Position numbers and translations under genes: made by a program | From: an uncultured Actinomycetes bacterium | GTDB taxonomy: Bacteria; Actinomycetota; Actinomycetes; Streptosporangiales; Streptosporangiaceae | Direction of reading: 5' to 3' | NCBI GenBank assembly: GCA_963768945.1 | Contig: CAVYJW010000003.1 | Span: 849,586 to 913,585, forward strand | DNA length: 64,000 bases | Notes under the pieces: generated by a model | Databases searched by the model: none | Told to the model about the DNA's origin: nothing | What the model saw: only the letters and a program-made list of their open reading frames with translations | Shown here: positions 28,026-37,382 of the stretch, piece by piece | Numbering within the stretch: position 1 is the first letter of the stretch | Layout: each line of letters starts with the position of its first letter

Positions 28026-28856
28026 ATGGCGGACAACCTCACCCTGATGGCAGTGCACGCGCATCCCGACGACGAGGCCTCGAGCACCGGGGGAGTGCTC
28101 GCCCGTTACGGCGCCGAGGGCATCCGCACGGTGGTCGTCACCTGCACCAACGGCGAGTTCGGGGACTCCCCGGGCGGGATCAAGCCTGGCGATGACGGCC
28201 ATCACGAGGAGGAAGTGGCCGAGCTCAGGCTGGCTGAGCTCAGGGAATCCGCCAAGCACCTGGGAGTCACGGACCTCGAGCTGCTCGGCTACCACGACTC
28301 CGGGATGGTGGAGTGGGACTACAAGAGCCGGCCCGACGCCTTCTGCAACGTGCCGCTGGACGACGTGGCGGCCCGCATCGGCGAGCTGATCGAACGGTAC
28401 CGGCCGCAGGTCGTGATCACCTACGACCCTGACGGCGGGTACCAGCACCCCGACCACGTGCACGCCAGCCTGGCCGCGGCGGAGGCGGTCAGGCGCACCG
28501 GCATCCCGGCGAAGCTGTACCTGACCGCGATGCCGATCAGCAAGTGGCGGGAACTGTGGTCCGCGCTGAAGGAGGCAGGCGCGGACGTGCCTGACGGGGG
28601 CAGCATCAGCCCCGAGACGCAGCAGCAGATGGAGGCCTCCGAGCAGCGCATCACGACCACCATCGACATCCGCCCGGTGCTGGCCCGCAAGCAGGCCGCG
28701 CTGATGGCGCACGCCAGCCAGATCAGTGAGTCGTGGTTCAGCAAGATCCCGCCCGAGCTCGGCGAGCGGGTGTTCGGCGAGGAGAGCTTCATCCGGGCGA
28801 TGGACACCACCGGCGCCCCGGTGCCCGAGGACGACCTGTTCGCGGGACTTCGGTGA
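28026..28856 (+). CDS. mca: PIG-L family deacetylase, mycothiol S-conjugate amidase (Mca)-like
   Basis: AVHAHPDDE, YDPDGGYQHPDH and the C-terminal ...PEDDLFAGLR resemble Mca as I remember it. Confidence 0.7.
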   Translation: MADNLTLMAVHAHPDDEASSTGGVLARYGAEGIRTVVVTCTNGEFGDSPGGIKPGDDGHHEEEVAELRLAELRESAKHLGVTDLELLGYHDSGMVEWDYKSRPDAFCNVPLDDVAARIGELIERYRPQVVITYDPDGGYQHPDHVHASLAAAEAVRRTGIPAKLYLTAMPISKWRELWSALKEAGADVPDGGSISPETQQQMEASEQRITTTIDIRPVLARKQAALMAHASQISESWFSKIPPELGERVFGEESFIRAMDTTGAPVPEDDLFAGLR

Positions 28857-30503
28857 CTAGCTGACCGGGGGAAGCACCTGGCCGTCGTCCAGCACGGTGC
28901 GGAACGGGTCGCCGAGCCGGGCCACCCGTGCCGGGATGTCGCGGATCGTGAACGCGTCGGGCCGCGGCGCCGGATCGTCCAGCTCGTCCCACTCCAGGGG
29001 GGTGGACACCGGCGCCCCGGCCGCGGCCCGCGGGCTATAGGGCGCGACCAGGGTCTTGTTGCTGGCGTTCTGGGTGTAGTCGAGGCGGGCCAGCCCGCCC
29101 CGGTCATGCACGTCCCACTTCCAGCTCACCAGCTGGGGCACGACCGCGCCGATGGCCCGCGAAAGCTGCTCCACCCACGCCCGGGTCTCGCTGAAGCTGG
29201 GCCCCGGGGCGACGGGGATCCAGATCTGGATGCCGCGCCTGCCGGTGAGCTTCGGCTGGCCCCGCACGCCCAGATGCTCCAGGGCGGTGCGGTGCAGCCG
29301 GGCCAGCACCAGCACCTCGTCCCACGACGTGGCCGGGCCGGGGTCGATGTCGATGAGCGCGTAGCTGGGCCGGTCCGGCTGGCCGGCCCGCGCGGTCCAG
29401 GCGTGCCACTCCAGGGCGCCGAAGTTAGCCGCCCACACCAGCGCGCCCGGCTCGTCGGCGACCAGGTAGGTGGTGGTCTTGCCGGGCTCGGCGGCAGGGT
29501 CGTGCCAGCGCGGCAGCCAGTCCGGTGCGTGGTCAGGCAGCTGCTTGTGCCAGAACCCGGCGGACTGCGCCCCACCCGGGAAACGGTGCATGTTGAGCGG
29601 GTGGCCGGCCAGGTAAGGCAGCACGACCGGGGCGATCTGCGCCGAGTACCTGATGAGCTCGCGCTTGGTCACCGCGGGCTCCCCAGGGCGGCCGGGGAAC
29701 AGTTCCTTGCCGAGGTTGGTCAGCCGCAGTGAGCGGCCGAACACCTCCCAGGTACCGCGGTCGCCGAGCGCGTCCAGTGCGGCCAGCTCGCCCGGACTGG
29801 GCCCGCTGACGGCTGGGGGGCGCAGCCGGACCGACGCGGACGCGGCCGGCAGGTCCGGCCGCCACATGCGCTCCGGATCGGCCTTGACCTCCTCGTTGGT
29901 ACGCCCGCTGAGCACCGATGCCGGGTGGTCCTCCGGATCCCAGCCCGCGACGGCGTACTCGTCGTGCTTGTGCACCAGCAGCCACTGCTCCGAGCCCGGG
30001 CCGGTGGCGCCGTCCCGGCCGCGGCGCACCAGGATCAGCCGGCCGCGCAGCTTATCGCCGTGCACATCCACGTGCAGCTCGCCGGCGGCCACGGCGGCGG
30101 CCGGGTCGTCGGTCGCGTGCGGCTCCCAGGTGCCGCGGTCCCACACGATCACGTCACCCGCCCCGTACTCACCACGCGGGATCACCCCCTCGAAGTCGAG
30201 GTACTCCAGTGGATGGTCCTCGACGTGCACCGCGGTGCGCTTCACGTCCGCGTCCATCGTGGGACCCCGAGGGACCGCCCAGCTGGCCAGCACGCCGCCG
30301 ATCTCGAAGCGGAGGTCATAGTGCAGCCGCCGCGCCCGGTGCCGCTGCACGACGAACCGCCGCGCCCCGGTGGCCGCCTCACCGGCGGGCTGGCCGGCTG
30401 TCCCGCGCGCCTGGCTGGCCGTCTGGGCGGCGGGCTCGCCGGAAGGCTCGGGCGTGCGCGTGAAATCCCGCTTGTGCTGGTACGGAGTGAGCTTCCCGGG
30501 CAC
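28857..30503 (-). CDS. LigD-type 3'-phosphoesterase (PE) plus polymerase/primase (Pol) fusion, no ligase domain
   Basis: PE domain: RRFVVQRHRARRLHYDLRFE. Pol domain: ALIDIDPGP, LTGRRGIQIWIP, YSPR. Start is GTG 30503 after GGGAGG. The ORF could extend to ATG 30620 through a 15-bp repeat. Confidence 0.8.
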   Translation of the reverse strand: MPGKLTPYQHKRDFTRTPEPSGEPAAQTASQARGTAGQPAGEAATGARRFVVQRHRARRLHYDLRFEIGGVLASWAVPRGPTMDADVKRTAVHVEDHPLEYLDFEGVIPRGEYGAGDVIVWDRGTWEPHATDDPAAAVAAGELHVDVHGDKLRGRLILVRRGRDGATGPGSEQWLLVHKHDEYAVAGWDPEDHPASVLSGRTNEEVKADPERMWRPDLPAASASVRLRPPAVSGPSPGELAALDALGDRGTWEVFGRSLRLTNLGKELFPGRPGEPAVTKRELIRYSAQIAPVVLPYLAGHPLNMHRFPGGAQSAGFWHKQLPDHAPDWLPRWHDPAAEPGKTTTYLVADEPGALVWAANFGALEWHAWTARAGQPDRPSYALIDIDPGPATSWDEVLVLARLHRTALEHLGVRGQPKLTGRRGIQIWIPVAPGPSFSETRAWVEQLSRAIGAVVPQLVSWKWDVHDRGGLARLDYTQNASNKTLVAPYSPRAAAGAPVSTPLEWDELDDPAPRPDAFTIRDIPARVARLGDPFRTVLDDGQVLPPVS

Positions 30504-30518
30504 TGCCACCTCCCTGCC

Positions 30519-30612
30519 ACCCGCCTGCGTGCGACCCGCCTGCCTGCCTGCGACCCGCCTGCCTGCGACCCGCCTGCCTGCCACCCGCCTGCCTGCCACC
30601 CGCTCCTGCCAT
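30519..30612. repeat. 15-bp tandem repeat (CCCGCCTGCCTGCSA, about 5-6 copies, one of 19 nt) between or at the 5' end of ligD-like and MFS genes
   Basis: Read directly from the sequence. If translated on the minus strand it gives (VAGRR)n. Confidence 0.85.
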
Positions 30613-30705
30613 GCCCGCATACGGCGGGGTCACACCCGGGGTAGATACGGGCGGCCGGGTCGCCCGGTAAAGTGTTTGCTATACAGCAAGTAATTACGAC
30701 GAGGG

Positions 30706-32118
30706 GTGCAGCCTGTGACAGATGCCGGCGGCCAGGCCGGGGCCCCTGGCCAGGCCGGGGCCCCCGGCCACGCCGGGGCGGCGGGCGGCGCCGGGGCCCC
30801 GAGCGGCGGCGGGGCGGCGGGCGGGAGCCGCCAGGGGTTCTGGCGCAGCACTTTCTCCTCACTGCGGATCCCGAACTACCGGCTGTACTTCACCGGCCAG
30901 TCGGTCTCGCTCGCCGGGACCTGGATGCAGATGACCGCGCAATCCTGGCTGGTGCTCACGCTCACCCACTCCAGCACCGACCTGGGCTTCGTGCTGGCCC
31001 TGCAGACCCTGCCCATCCTGCTCCTCGCGCCCTACGGCGGGGTGGTGGCCGACCGGGTGGACAAGCGCCGGCTCATGGTCGTGCTGCAGATCGCGATGGG
31101 CCTGCAGGCCCTGGTACTAGGGCTGCTGACCGTCGCCGGCGTGGTCCGCTTCTGGGAGGTCGGCCTGCTGGCCGTCATCCTGGGCCTGAACAACGCGTTC
31201 GAGAACTCCGCCCGGCAGGCGTTCGTCCGGGAGATGGTCGGGCCGGACGAGCTGCGCAACGCGGTCACGCTGAACTCGGTGACGGTCAACGCGGCCCGCG
31301 CGGTCGGGCCCGCGATCGGCGGCGTGCTGATCGCCACCGTGGGCATCGGCACGTGCTTCCTGCTCAACGCGGCGAGTTTCGCGGCCGTGGTCACCTCGCT
31401 GCTGGTGATGGACCGCGCCGCCCTGCAGCCTTCCCGTCCGGCCCCGCGGGCCCCGGGGCAGCTGCGCGAGGGCCTGCGCTACGCACGCCGCATCCCCACG
31501 ATCGCGATCCCGCTGGCCATGATGAGCCTGGTCGGCCTGTTCGCCTACGAATTCCCGGTCTCGCTTCCGCTGCTGGCCCAGCGCACGTTCCACGGCGGCG
31601 CGGAGGCCTACGGCTTCATGACCGCGGCGATGGGCATCGGCGCGGTCATCGGTGGCCTGTTCACGGCGGCCCGGGGCCGGACCGGACTGCGGCCGATGAT
31701 CATCGCTTCGGTGGGGTTCGGCGTGGCCATCCTGGTCACGGCGTTCGCCCCGGTGATCGCCCTGGCCTACGCGGCGCTCCTGTTCGTGGGCTGGGCCAGC
31801 GTCTCGTTCATCGCGATCGGGAACTCGACGATCCAGCTCAGCGCGGAGCCGCAGATGCGCGGCCGGGTTATCGCGCTTTGGCAGGTCGCCTTCCAGGGGA
31901 CGACGCCGGTCGGCGGCCCCGCGATCGGCGGGATCATCGCCCTGGCCGGCCCGCGCGGGGGCCTCGCGGTCGGCGGTGCGGCCTGCCTGCTGGCAGGCGG
32001 CGGGGGAGCGCTGCTCGCCCGCCGCGCGGGCCGCGCGGGCCGCGCTGGCCGCGCTGGCCGCGCGGCCCGCGGCGAGGAGACTGGCCGCCCGCAGACGCAG
32101 GGCAGCCGGGCCGCCTGA
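30706..32118 (+). CDS. MFS transporter (EntS/MFS_3-like, 12 TM)
   Basis: NYRLYFTGQSVSLAGTWMQ...GGVVADRVDKRR is typical of the MFS_3 family. Gly/Ala-rich N-terminal tail and (GRA)n C-terminal tail. Confidence 0.8.
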   Translation: MQPVTDAGGQAGAPGQAGAPGHAGAAGGAGAPSGGGAAGGSRQGFWRSTFSSLRIPNYRLYFTGQSVSLAGTWMQMTAQSWLVLTLTHSSTDLGFVLALQTLPILLLAPYGGVVADRVDKRRLMVVLQIAMGLQALVLGLLTVAGVVRFWEVGLLAVILGLNNAFENSARQAFVREMVGPDELRNAVTLNSVTVNAARAVGPAIGGVLIATVGIGTCFLLNAASFAAVVTSLLVMDRAALQPSRPAPRAPGQLREGLRYARRIPTIAIPLAMMSLVGLFAYEFPVSLPLLAQRTFHGGAEAYGFMTAAMGIGAVIGGLFTAARGRTGLRPMIIASVGFGVAILVTAFAPVIALAYAALLFVGWASVSFIAIGNSTIQLSAEPQMRGRVIALWQVAFQGTTPVGGPAIGGIIALAGPRGGLAVGGAACLLAGGGGALLARRAGRAGRAGRAGRAARGEETGRPQTQGSRAA

Positions 32119-32136
32119 CCGCGGCCGCACGGCCGG

Positions 32137-33105
32137 TCAGCCGCCCTCGCGCAGGGCCGGCAGCAGCTCATCCTCGGCCCAGGCGATGAACTGGCCCTGC
32201 TGCTCCCCACCCACCTGGATCAGGGCCAGGTGGGTAAAGCCCGCCTCGGTGAACTTCCTGGCCGCCCTGACATGCACCGCCGGATCGGGCCCGCAGGGCA
32301 CCAGCTGGGTGATGTCCTCCTCGCGGACGTGCGCGGACGCGGCGTCGAACGAGCGGGGCTCGGGGAGCTCGGACATCACGGGCCAGCCCGGGGCGGCCCA
32401 GCGCCACAGCCGCCGGGCGCGGGCCCGGGCGGCCTGCTCGTCGGGGTCATAGCAGATCGGCAGCTGCCCGTACTTCGGCTTGGCTTCGCCGCCGGCCTGG
32501 TTGAAGTCCCGGATGAGCGCCGGGTCCGGCTCGGTGGCGATCAGGCACTCGCCCTCGTCGGCGGCCAGCTGCGCCGACTCCGTGCTGGAGGCCGCGACGC
32601 CGATCGGCACCGGGGTGTCCGGCAGGTCGTACAGCCTGGCCCGCTCCACCCGGAAGTGCCGGCCGCTGAAGTTCATGTAGTCGCCGGTGAACAGGTGGCG
32701 GATGATCCGGATGGCCTCGCCCAGCCGCTCGTGACGGACCCGCGGGCTGGGCCACCCGCCGCCGACCACATGCTCGTTGAGGTTTTCCCCGGACCCGAGT
32801 CCCAGGGTGAACCGGCCACCGGACAGCACGCCGATGGTCGCGGCCTTCTGGGCGACGACGGCGGGGTGGTAGCGGAACGTCGGGCAGGTCACCATCGTCA
32901 TCAGGGGAAGCCGGTGGGTGGCCTGCGCGGCGGCGCCGAGCACCGCCCAGGCGTAGCCGGAATGTCCCTGGTCCTCGAGCCAGGGAAAGTAGTGATCGGT
33001 CATGACCGAGAAATCGAACCCGGCCTGCTCGGCGGCCTGCAGGTCGCTCACCAGCTGCCGGACCGGGGTCTGCTCGCACATGGCCGTGTAGCCGTACTGT
33101 GTCAT
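32137..33105 (-). CDS. LLM-class F420-dependent oxidoreductase (glucose-6-phosphate dehydrogenase-related subfamily)
   Basis: MTQYGYTAMCEQTPVRQLV...FSVMTDHYFPWLE...GLGSGENLNEHV. Internal ATG 33105 chosen; the upstream ORF part is junk. Confidence 0.8.
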   Translation of the reverse strand: MTQYGYTAMCEQTPVRQLVSDLQAAEQAGFDFSVMTDHYFPWLEDQGHSGYAWAVLGAAAQATHRLPLMTMVTCPTFRYHPAVVAQKAATIGVLSGGRFTLGLGSGENLNEHVVGGGWPSPRVRHERLGEAIRIIRHLFTGDYMNFSGRHFRVERARLYDLPDTPVPIGVAASSTESAQLAADEGECLIATEPDPALIRDFNQAGGEAKPKYGQLPICYDPDEQAARARARRLWRWAAPGWPVMSELPEPRSFDAASAHVREEDITQLVPCGPDPAVHVRAARKFTEAGFTHLALIQVGGEQQGQFIAWAEDELLPALREGG

Positions 33106-33264
33106 GGCAAGGTCCCTACCCGGCCATGACACCGTCCCCACCCGGTCATGGCACAGGTCCCCACCCTCCCGGGTGCGGTGCGGCCCTACCGGGCCCGGGC
33201 GTAACCCAGGGTGACCAGAACCTCGGCGATCTTCCGCGTAGCCTGCCCAGCCCGGGGTAGCTGG

Positions 33265-34050
33265 ATGAACGTGGACAAGACCACTGGGGGCGCCGGACGC
33301 GCCGCCGAACCGGCCGAGCAGCCCGAGCAGCCCGCGCTGTCCAGCGAGGCAGCCGAGCTGGTCGGCGAGATCAGCGAGGGCAGCAGCCTGACCCGGCGCC
33401 GCCGCGTGATGGCGGCCACGTCCCGGGTCGCCCGCCGGGGAAGCCGGTCCGGCTGGTCGGGAGTGGCCTCGGGAGGCCGCTGGCTGACCTCCCAGGTGCT
33501 GGCGATGGCGCCCCGGCTGCCCGTGCGGGACCAGCAGAAGCTCCGGGCCCAGTTTCCCGGCCTCGGCCCGGAGGAGATCGCGGACCAGCTGATCAAGGGC
33601 GCATCCCGGGCTGCCGCGTCCGTGGGCGCGGCGGTGGGCGCATCCATGCTGCTGCCGCTGCCGTCCGCCCCGGTCGAGGTGGCGTTCGAGACCCTGGCGG
33701 TCGTCGGGATCGAGCTGAAGCTCGTGGCCGAGCTGCACGAGCTCTACGGGATGCGGGCCCCGGGGTCGGCCCCCGAACGCATGCTGGCCTACGTCGTGGC
33801 CTGGGCACATCGGCGCGGTGTGGCCCTAGTGCCGGGAGGCCTGGCCCTGGCCGTGGGGTCGCCGCTGCGCAGGCAGCTGGAGCGGCGGCTCCTTGCCCGC
33901 GCAGGCCGGAGTGCCGTGTCCCTGGGACCGCTGCTGACCGGAGCCGCCGCCGGGGCGATGCTCAACCGGCGCGAGACCCGCCGGCTCGGCGAGGACGTGC
34001 GCAGAGACCTGCGGCGCCGCTCGTCGCGGGGATCAGGCTGGCCTGGCTGA
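33265..34050 (+). CDS. hypothetical protein (EcsC-like by eye)
   Basis: High GC3. The central Ala/Gly-rich amphipathic region EIADQLIKGASRAAASVGAAVGA...ELKLVAELHELYG is EcsC-like. The assignment is tentative. Confidence 0.5.
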   Translation: MNVDKTTGGAGRAAEPAEQPEQPALSSEAAELVGEISEGSSLTRRRRVMAATSRVARRGSRSGWSGVASGGRWLTSQVLAMAPRLPVRDQQKLRAQFPGLGPEEIADQLIKGASRAAASVGAAVGASMLLPLPSAPVEVAFETLAVVGIELKLVAELHELYGMRAPGSAPERMLAYVVAWAHRRGVALVPGGLALAVGSPLRRQLERRLLARAGRSAVSLGPLLTGAAAGAMLNRRETRRLGEDVRRDLRRRSSRGSGWPG

Positions 34051-34119
34051 TCCCCGCGACGGCCCGGCGGCCCGGGGCGGTCCCGGCCGTCGCTCCAGGC
34101 CGCCGGCGGCCCTGGCCTG

Positions 34120-34461
34120 CTAGTCCACCGCCAGTCCGGGGAGCGCGTCCCAGCCGGTGATGGCGAGCACGGCGCGGATGTGCCGGGGCAGGTTGTGCAG
34201 CACCACCTGCCGGGGGTGATCTGCGGCGTCCTCGATGGCCAGCCGCACGATGGCCCGCAGCCCGGCCAGGTCGCAGTAGCTCAACCCGCTGAGGTCGAGG
34301 TGCACCACCCGGTGCCCCTCGGCGAACTCGTGCAGGGAGGTCACGAGGGCGGGGTATGTCGCCTCATCGATCTCCCCGTCGATGGCCAGCCCGGGCGGGG
34401 ATGAGATCCGGGTGATCCGCAATATCCCGTTGTCATAAGCGGGATGACGCTCGGCCCTCAC
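34120..34461 (-). CDS. STAS domain protein (anti-sigma-factor antagonist fold)
   Basis: GEIDEATYPAL...HLDLSGLSYCDLAGLRAIV. Leu replaces the usual phospho-Ser after the conserved Asp. Confidence 0.75.
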   Translation of the reverse strand: MRAERHPAYDNGILRITRISSPPGLAIDGEIDEATYPALVTSLHEFAEGHRVVHLDLSGLSYCDLAGLRAIVRLAIEDAADHPRQVVLHNLPRHIRAVLAITGWDALPGLAVD

Positions 34462-34663
34462 GGATCTACCTCCCTGCGCGGGTATTGAGGCACCTGCTGC
34501 CAGGTGGGGCGGGATGAAGAATACGCTGACCAGCGCCTGCCCGGTGGACTCTGCGGGCCGGGGTCAGGGTCAGGGACACCGGGGGTGCCCAGCCGGGCTG
34601 GACAGCGCTCTACCCGATGAATACGTGACCGGCGGCGGTGGCGGTTGCCGCGTTCGCCAGCGG

Positions 34664-36466
34664 TCAGCGGGCGTCCCAGGGGCGGGCCAGCCGGGCCGCC
34701 GATTCGAACATTGCCGCGTGCACGAACGCCTGCGGCAGGTTGCCGCGCAACTGATGCTGGTGAGTGTCGAATTCCTCGGTGAACAGCGCGGGCGGGCCGC
34801 AGGCGGCGCGGTTGCGCTCGAACCAGCCGATGGCCTCGCTGGTCCGGCCCAGCTGGTGCGTGGCCAGCGCCATGAGGAACCCGCAGAGCACGAACGCGCC
34901 TTCGGCCTCCTGCAGCGGGCGCTGGTCGTGCCGGTACCGGTACAGGTAGCCCTCGCTGGACAGGTCGGCCGCGATCGCGTCGAGGGTGGCCAGGCTGCGC
35001 GGGTCGGTCGCGGGCACGGCCCCGCGGACCGGGGCCAGCAGCAGGGCAGCGTCCACGCGGCTGTCATCGGGCGCGCGCTGCCACCGGCCGCTCGCGTGCA
35101 CGCTGTCGTCGGCCACGTCAGCCAGGATGGTGTCGGCCAGCGTCTGCCAGGCCGCCGCCTGGCCGGGAGCCGCCCCGGCCGAGGCGATGGCCCGCAGCCC
35201 CGCGACGCACATGAGCCGGGAATGGGCCCAGCGATGGTTGTCGAGCTCCCACACGCCGGCGTCCGGATCGCCCCACCGTGACTCGATGGCCTTCACCGCG
35301 GCCTCGGCGGCCTGCCAGTGCACGGTTTCCAGGTGATCGTGGCCGGCCGCGGCCGCGAAGAGCTGGAGCGCCTCACCCAGCGCGTCGAGCTGGAACTGGC
35401 GGTTGACCCAGTTCCCGACCTTGTCCGCGCCGCCCGGGTAACCGGACAGGTGGGTGAGTGACTGCTCCCCGGGCACCGGCCCGCGGGCCGCGGTGTAGGC
35501 CGGCTTCAGGTCAGGGCCGTCAGCCAGGATGCGCTCCGCCACGAAGGAGACGGCGTCGTCCAGCAGGCGGTGCGGACCGTCCGCGGCTACCGCCTGCCCG
35601 GCGTAGCACTGGTCCCGGATCCACACGTAGCGGTAGTCGTAGTTCCGGCCCGCCATGGAACGCTCAGGCAGCGACATGGTGGCCGCGGCGACCATGCCGC
35701 CGCTGCTGCTGGTCAGGCCGGCCAGGACCGCGTAGCTGTGCTTGCTGTCCGCGGTGGCCAGGCTCGCGCCGGGTTCCGGCACGGCCGCCGCCCAGGACGA
35801 CTCGGTGGCCTGCCACGCCTCGCGGGCCTGCACCGGGACCCGGGGGAGGGCCTGGTCCGAGATCTCCAGGACCAGGTCGTGATGGTGACCTGCGTCCAGG
35901 GCCAGGTGCAGCTCCAGGGCACCGTCCGCCCGCACCGTGGCGTCGGCGCCACCCGACCACCGCAGCCGGAGCGGGCCGCTGCGGGCTGTCCACACCCCGC
36001 CGGCCTGCTTGAGCTGGGTCATCCGGTACCGCCCGAAGCCGGCCCGCAGGTCCAGCGCCACCCTGACCCGCGCGGGACCGTCGAGGGCCATGACCCGGCG
36101 CAGCACCACCGCGGTGTGCGGGTCACCCGGGTAGGCCAGGGCCTCCCGGCACTCGGTGAAACCGCTGCTGGTGATCCAGCGGCTGCGCCAGATGAGCGTG
36201 CCGCCCTCGTAGTACCCGCCCCACGCGAAGCGTGGCTCCTCCGGGGTCACGGCGTAGACGCCGCGCCCGCCGATCAGGCAGGAGAACACGGCGTCGGAGT
36301 CCCACCGGGGCGCGCACAGCCAGGCGAAGTCACCGCGGGGGCCGATCAGCGCGCCCCGTTCCCCGTCCGCCACCATCGCGTACTCGCGGAGCACGTGCGG
36401 GGGGAACTCCTCGGCCGCGCCGAGACCGTGACTCGCCATGCTCTCCTCATCCGCCGGCTGGTGCAT
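34664..36466 (-). CDS. glycoside hydrolase family 15 protein (glucoamylase/trehalase-like)
   Basis: FPPHVLREYAMVADGERGALIGPRGDFAWLCAPRWDSDAVFS is a typical bacterial GH15 N-terminus. The C-terminus has the (alpha/alpha)6 region with WELDN... Confidence 0.85.
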   Translation of the reverse strand: MHQPADEESMASHGLGAAEEFPPHVLREYAMVADGERGALIGPRGDFAWLCAPRWDSDAVFSCLIGGRGVYAVTPEEPRFAWGGYYEGGTLIWRSRWITSSGFTECREALAYPGDPHTAVVLRRVMALDGPARVRVALDLRAGFGRYRMTQLKQAGGVWTARSGPLRLRWSGGADATVRADGALELHLALDAGHHHDLVLEISDQALPRVPVQAREAWQATESSWAAAVPEPGASLATADSKHSYAVLAGLTSSSGGMVAAATMSLPERSMAGRNYDYRYVWIRDQCYAGQAVAADGPHRLLDDAVSFVAERILADGPDLKPAYTAARGPVPGEQSLTHLSGYPGGADKVGNWVNRQFQLDALGEALQLFAAAAGHDHLETVHWQAAEAAVKAIESRWGDPDAGVWELDNHRWAHSRLMCVAGLRAIASAGAAPGQAAAWQTLADTILADVADDSVHASGRWQRAPDDSRVDAALLLAPVRGAVPATDPRSLATLDAIAADLSSEGYLYRYRHDQRPLQEAEGAFVLCGFLMALATHQLGRTSEAIGWFERNRAACGPPALFTEEFDTHQHQLRGNLPQAFVHAAMFESAARLARPWDAR

Positions 36467-36514
36467 CGGCTACCCCAGCCCGGACGGCCCAAACGGTCTT
36501 ACCGGCGGCCCGGC

Positions 36515-37012
36515 TCAGAAAGGGACGGCGGGCTCGGCGGCCAGGCCGTACCCTTCCCCGGCCGCCGTGACCAGCTGGCCCAGCATGCTGGTGAGTTCCG
36601 CCCGGGTGGCCGGCGGGAGCGCGGCGACGATCCGGCTCAGCTCACGCTGCCGCCACCCAGATACCGCGGTGACCAGGTTCTGCCCGCTCGGCGTGAGCTC
36701 CAGCGTTACCACGCTGCGGTGCCGGGGGTCGCTGCCCCGGGCCACGTGGCCCGCCGCGACCAGACGGTCGGCCAGCCTGGTCACCGTGGAGGCGTCCAGG
36801 CCGAGGGCCCGGGCCACCCGCGCCGACCGGGCCCGGCCGAGTTCAGCCAGGACGGCCAGCATCCGGAACTGGGGCAGGGTGATCAGGCCGTCGAGGACAT
36901 CCAGGCTGCGCAGCGCCACCCCGGCCAGCACGCGGGTCGCGGCCTGCAGCGCTTCCACCTGCTCCCCGAATTCCGGTCCGGCAGCCAGGGACCCGGCAGG
37001 CAGGGAGGCCAT
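36515..37012 (-). CDS. MarR family transcriptional regulator
   Basis: LPQFRMLAVLAELGRARSARVARALGLDASTVTRLADRLVAAGHVARGSDPRHRSVVTLELT is a winged HTH. Confidence 0.8.
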   Translation of the reverse strand: MASLPAGSLAAGPEFGEQVEALQAATRVLAGVALRSLDVLDGLITLPQFRMLAVLAELGRARSARVARALGLDASTVTRLADRLVAAGHVARGSDPRHRSVVTLELTPSGQNLVTAVSGWRQRELSRIVAALPPATRAELTSMLGQLVTAAGEGYGLAAEPAVPF

Positions 37013-37382
37013 GGGCCCGCGGGGTGCTTTCACAACAAAGCATTGTACTGAGAAACACTTGCCATCTGCCAGCATCAGCGCCGGGGCCGGCCCACGTCGG
37101 CCGTGGCGGCGCGGGCGGTCTGGCCGGCGAGTGGTGTAGCCCTCCGGCGCACGGGTAGTGCCGGCCTCAAGGCTTTCCCAGCGAGCGCGGCGCGGCGAGC
37201 AACTGGGCCGGGAAGGATGGCGGTGATGACGATGCGATCCCGGGTGAGGCCCTCCAGTTGCTTCCCCTGCCGCGGCTGCGGGAGGGGTGAGCGCGCGCGG
37301 TCCGAAGCAGGCGACGTCAGCGCTGATAGGCTCTCCGCCGGTATCACAGGCGGGCACGGGTGCTGGCCCGGTGGTGATCCTG

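Noticed and set aside
26175-28712. N-terminal extensions of real genes in the ORF track: the 845-aa version of the PBP, the 557-aa version of the LLM oxidoreductase (32137..33810), the 445-aa version of MarR (36515..37852), the 339-aa version of the USP-like gene (4416..5435) and the 199-aa SRPBCC.
   Set aside because: The extensions are low-complexity and overlap neighbouring genes. Internal ATGs with good Shine-Dalgarno sequences coincide with the start of the recognisable domain.
37075-37347. A possible gene remnant between the two MarR genes: a minus-strand 90-aa ORF with a coding-looking patch, KQLEGLTRDRIVITAILPG.
   Set aside because: There is no recognisable family and no RBS. GC3 is only moderate outside a short patch. 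It may be a decayed fragment, but I cannot support a call.
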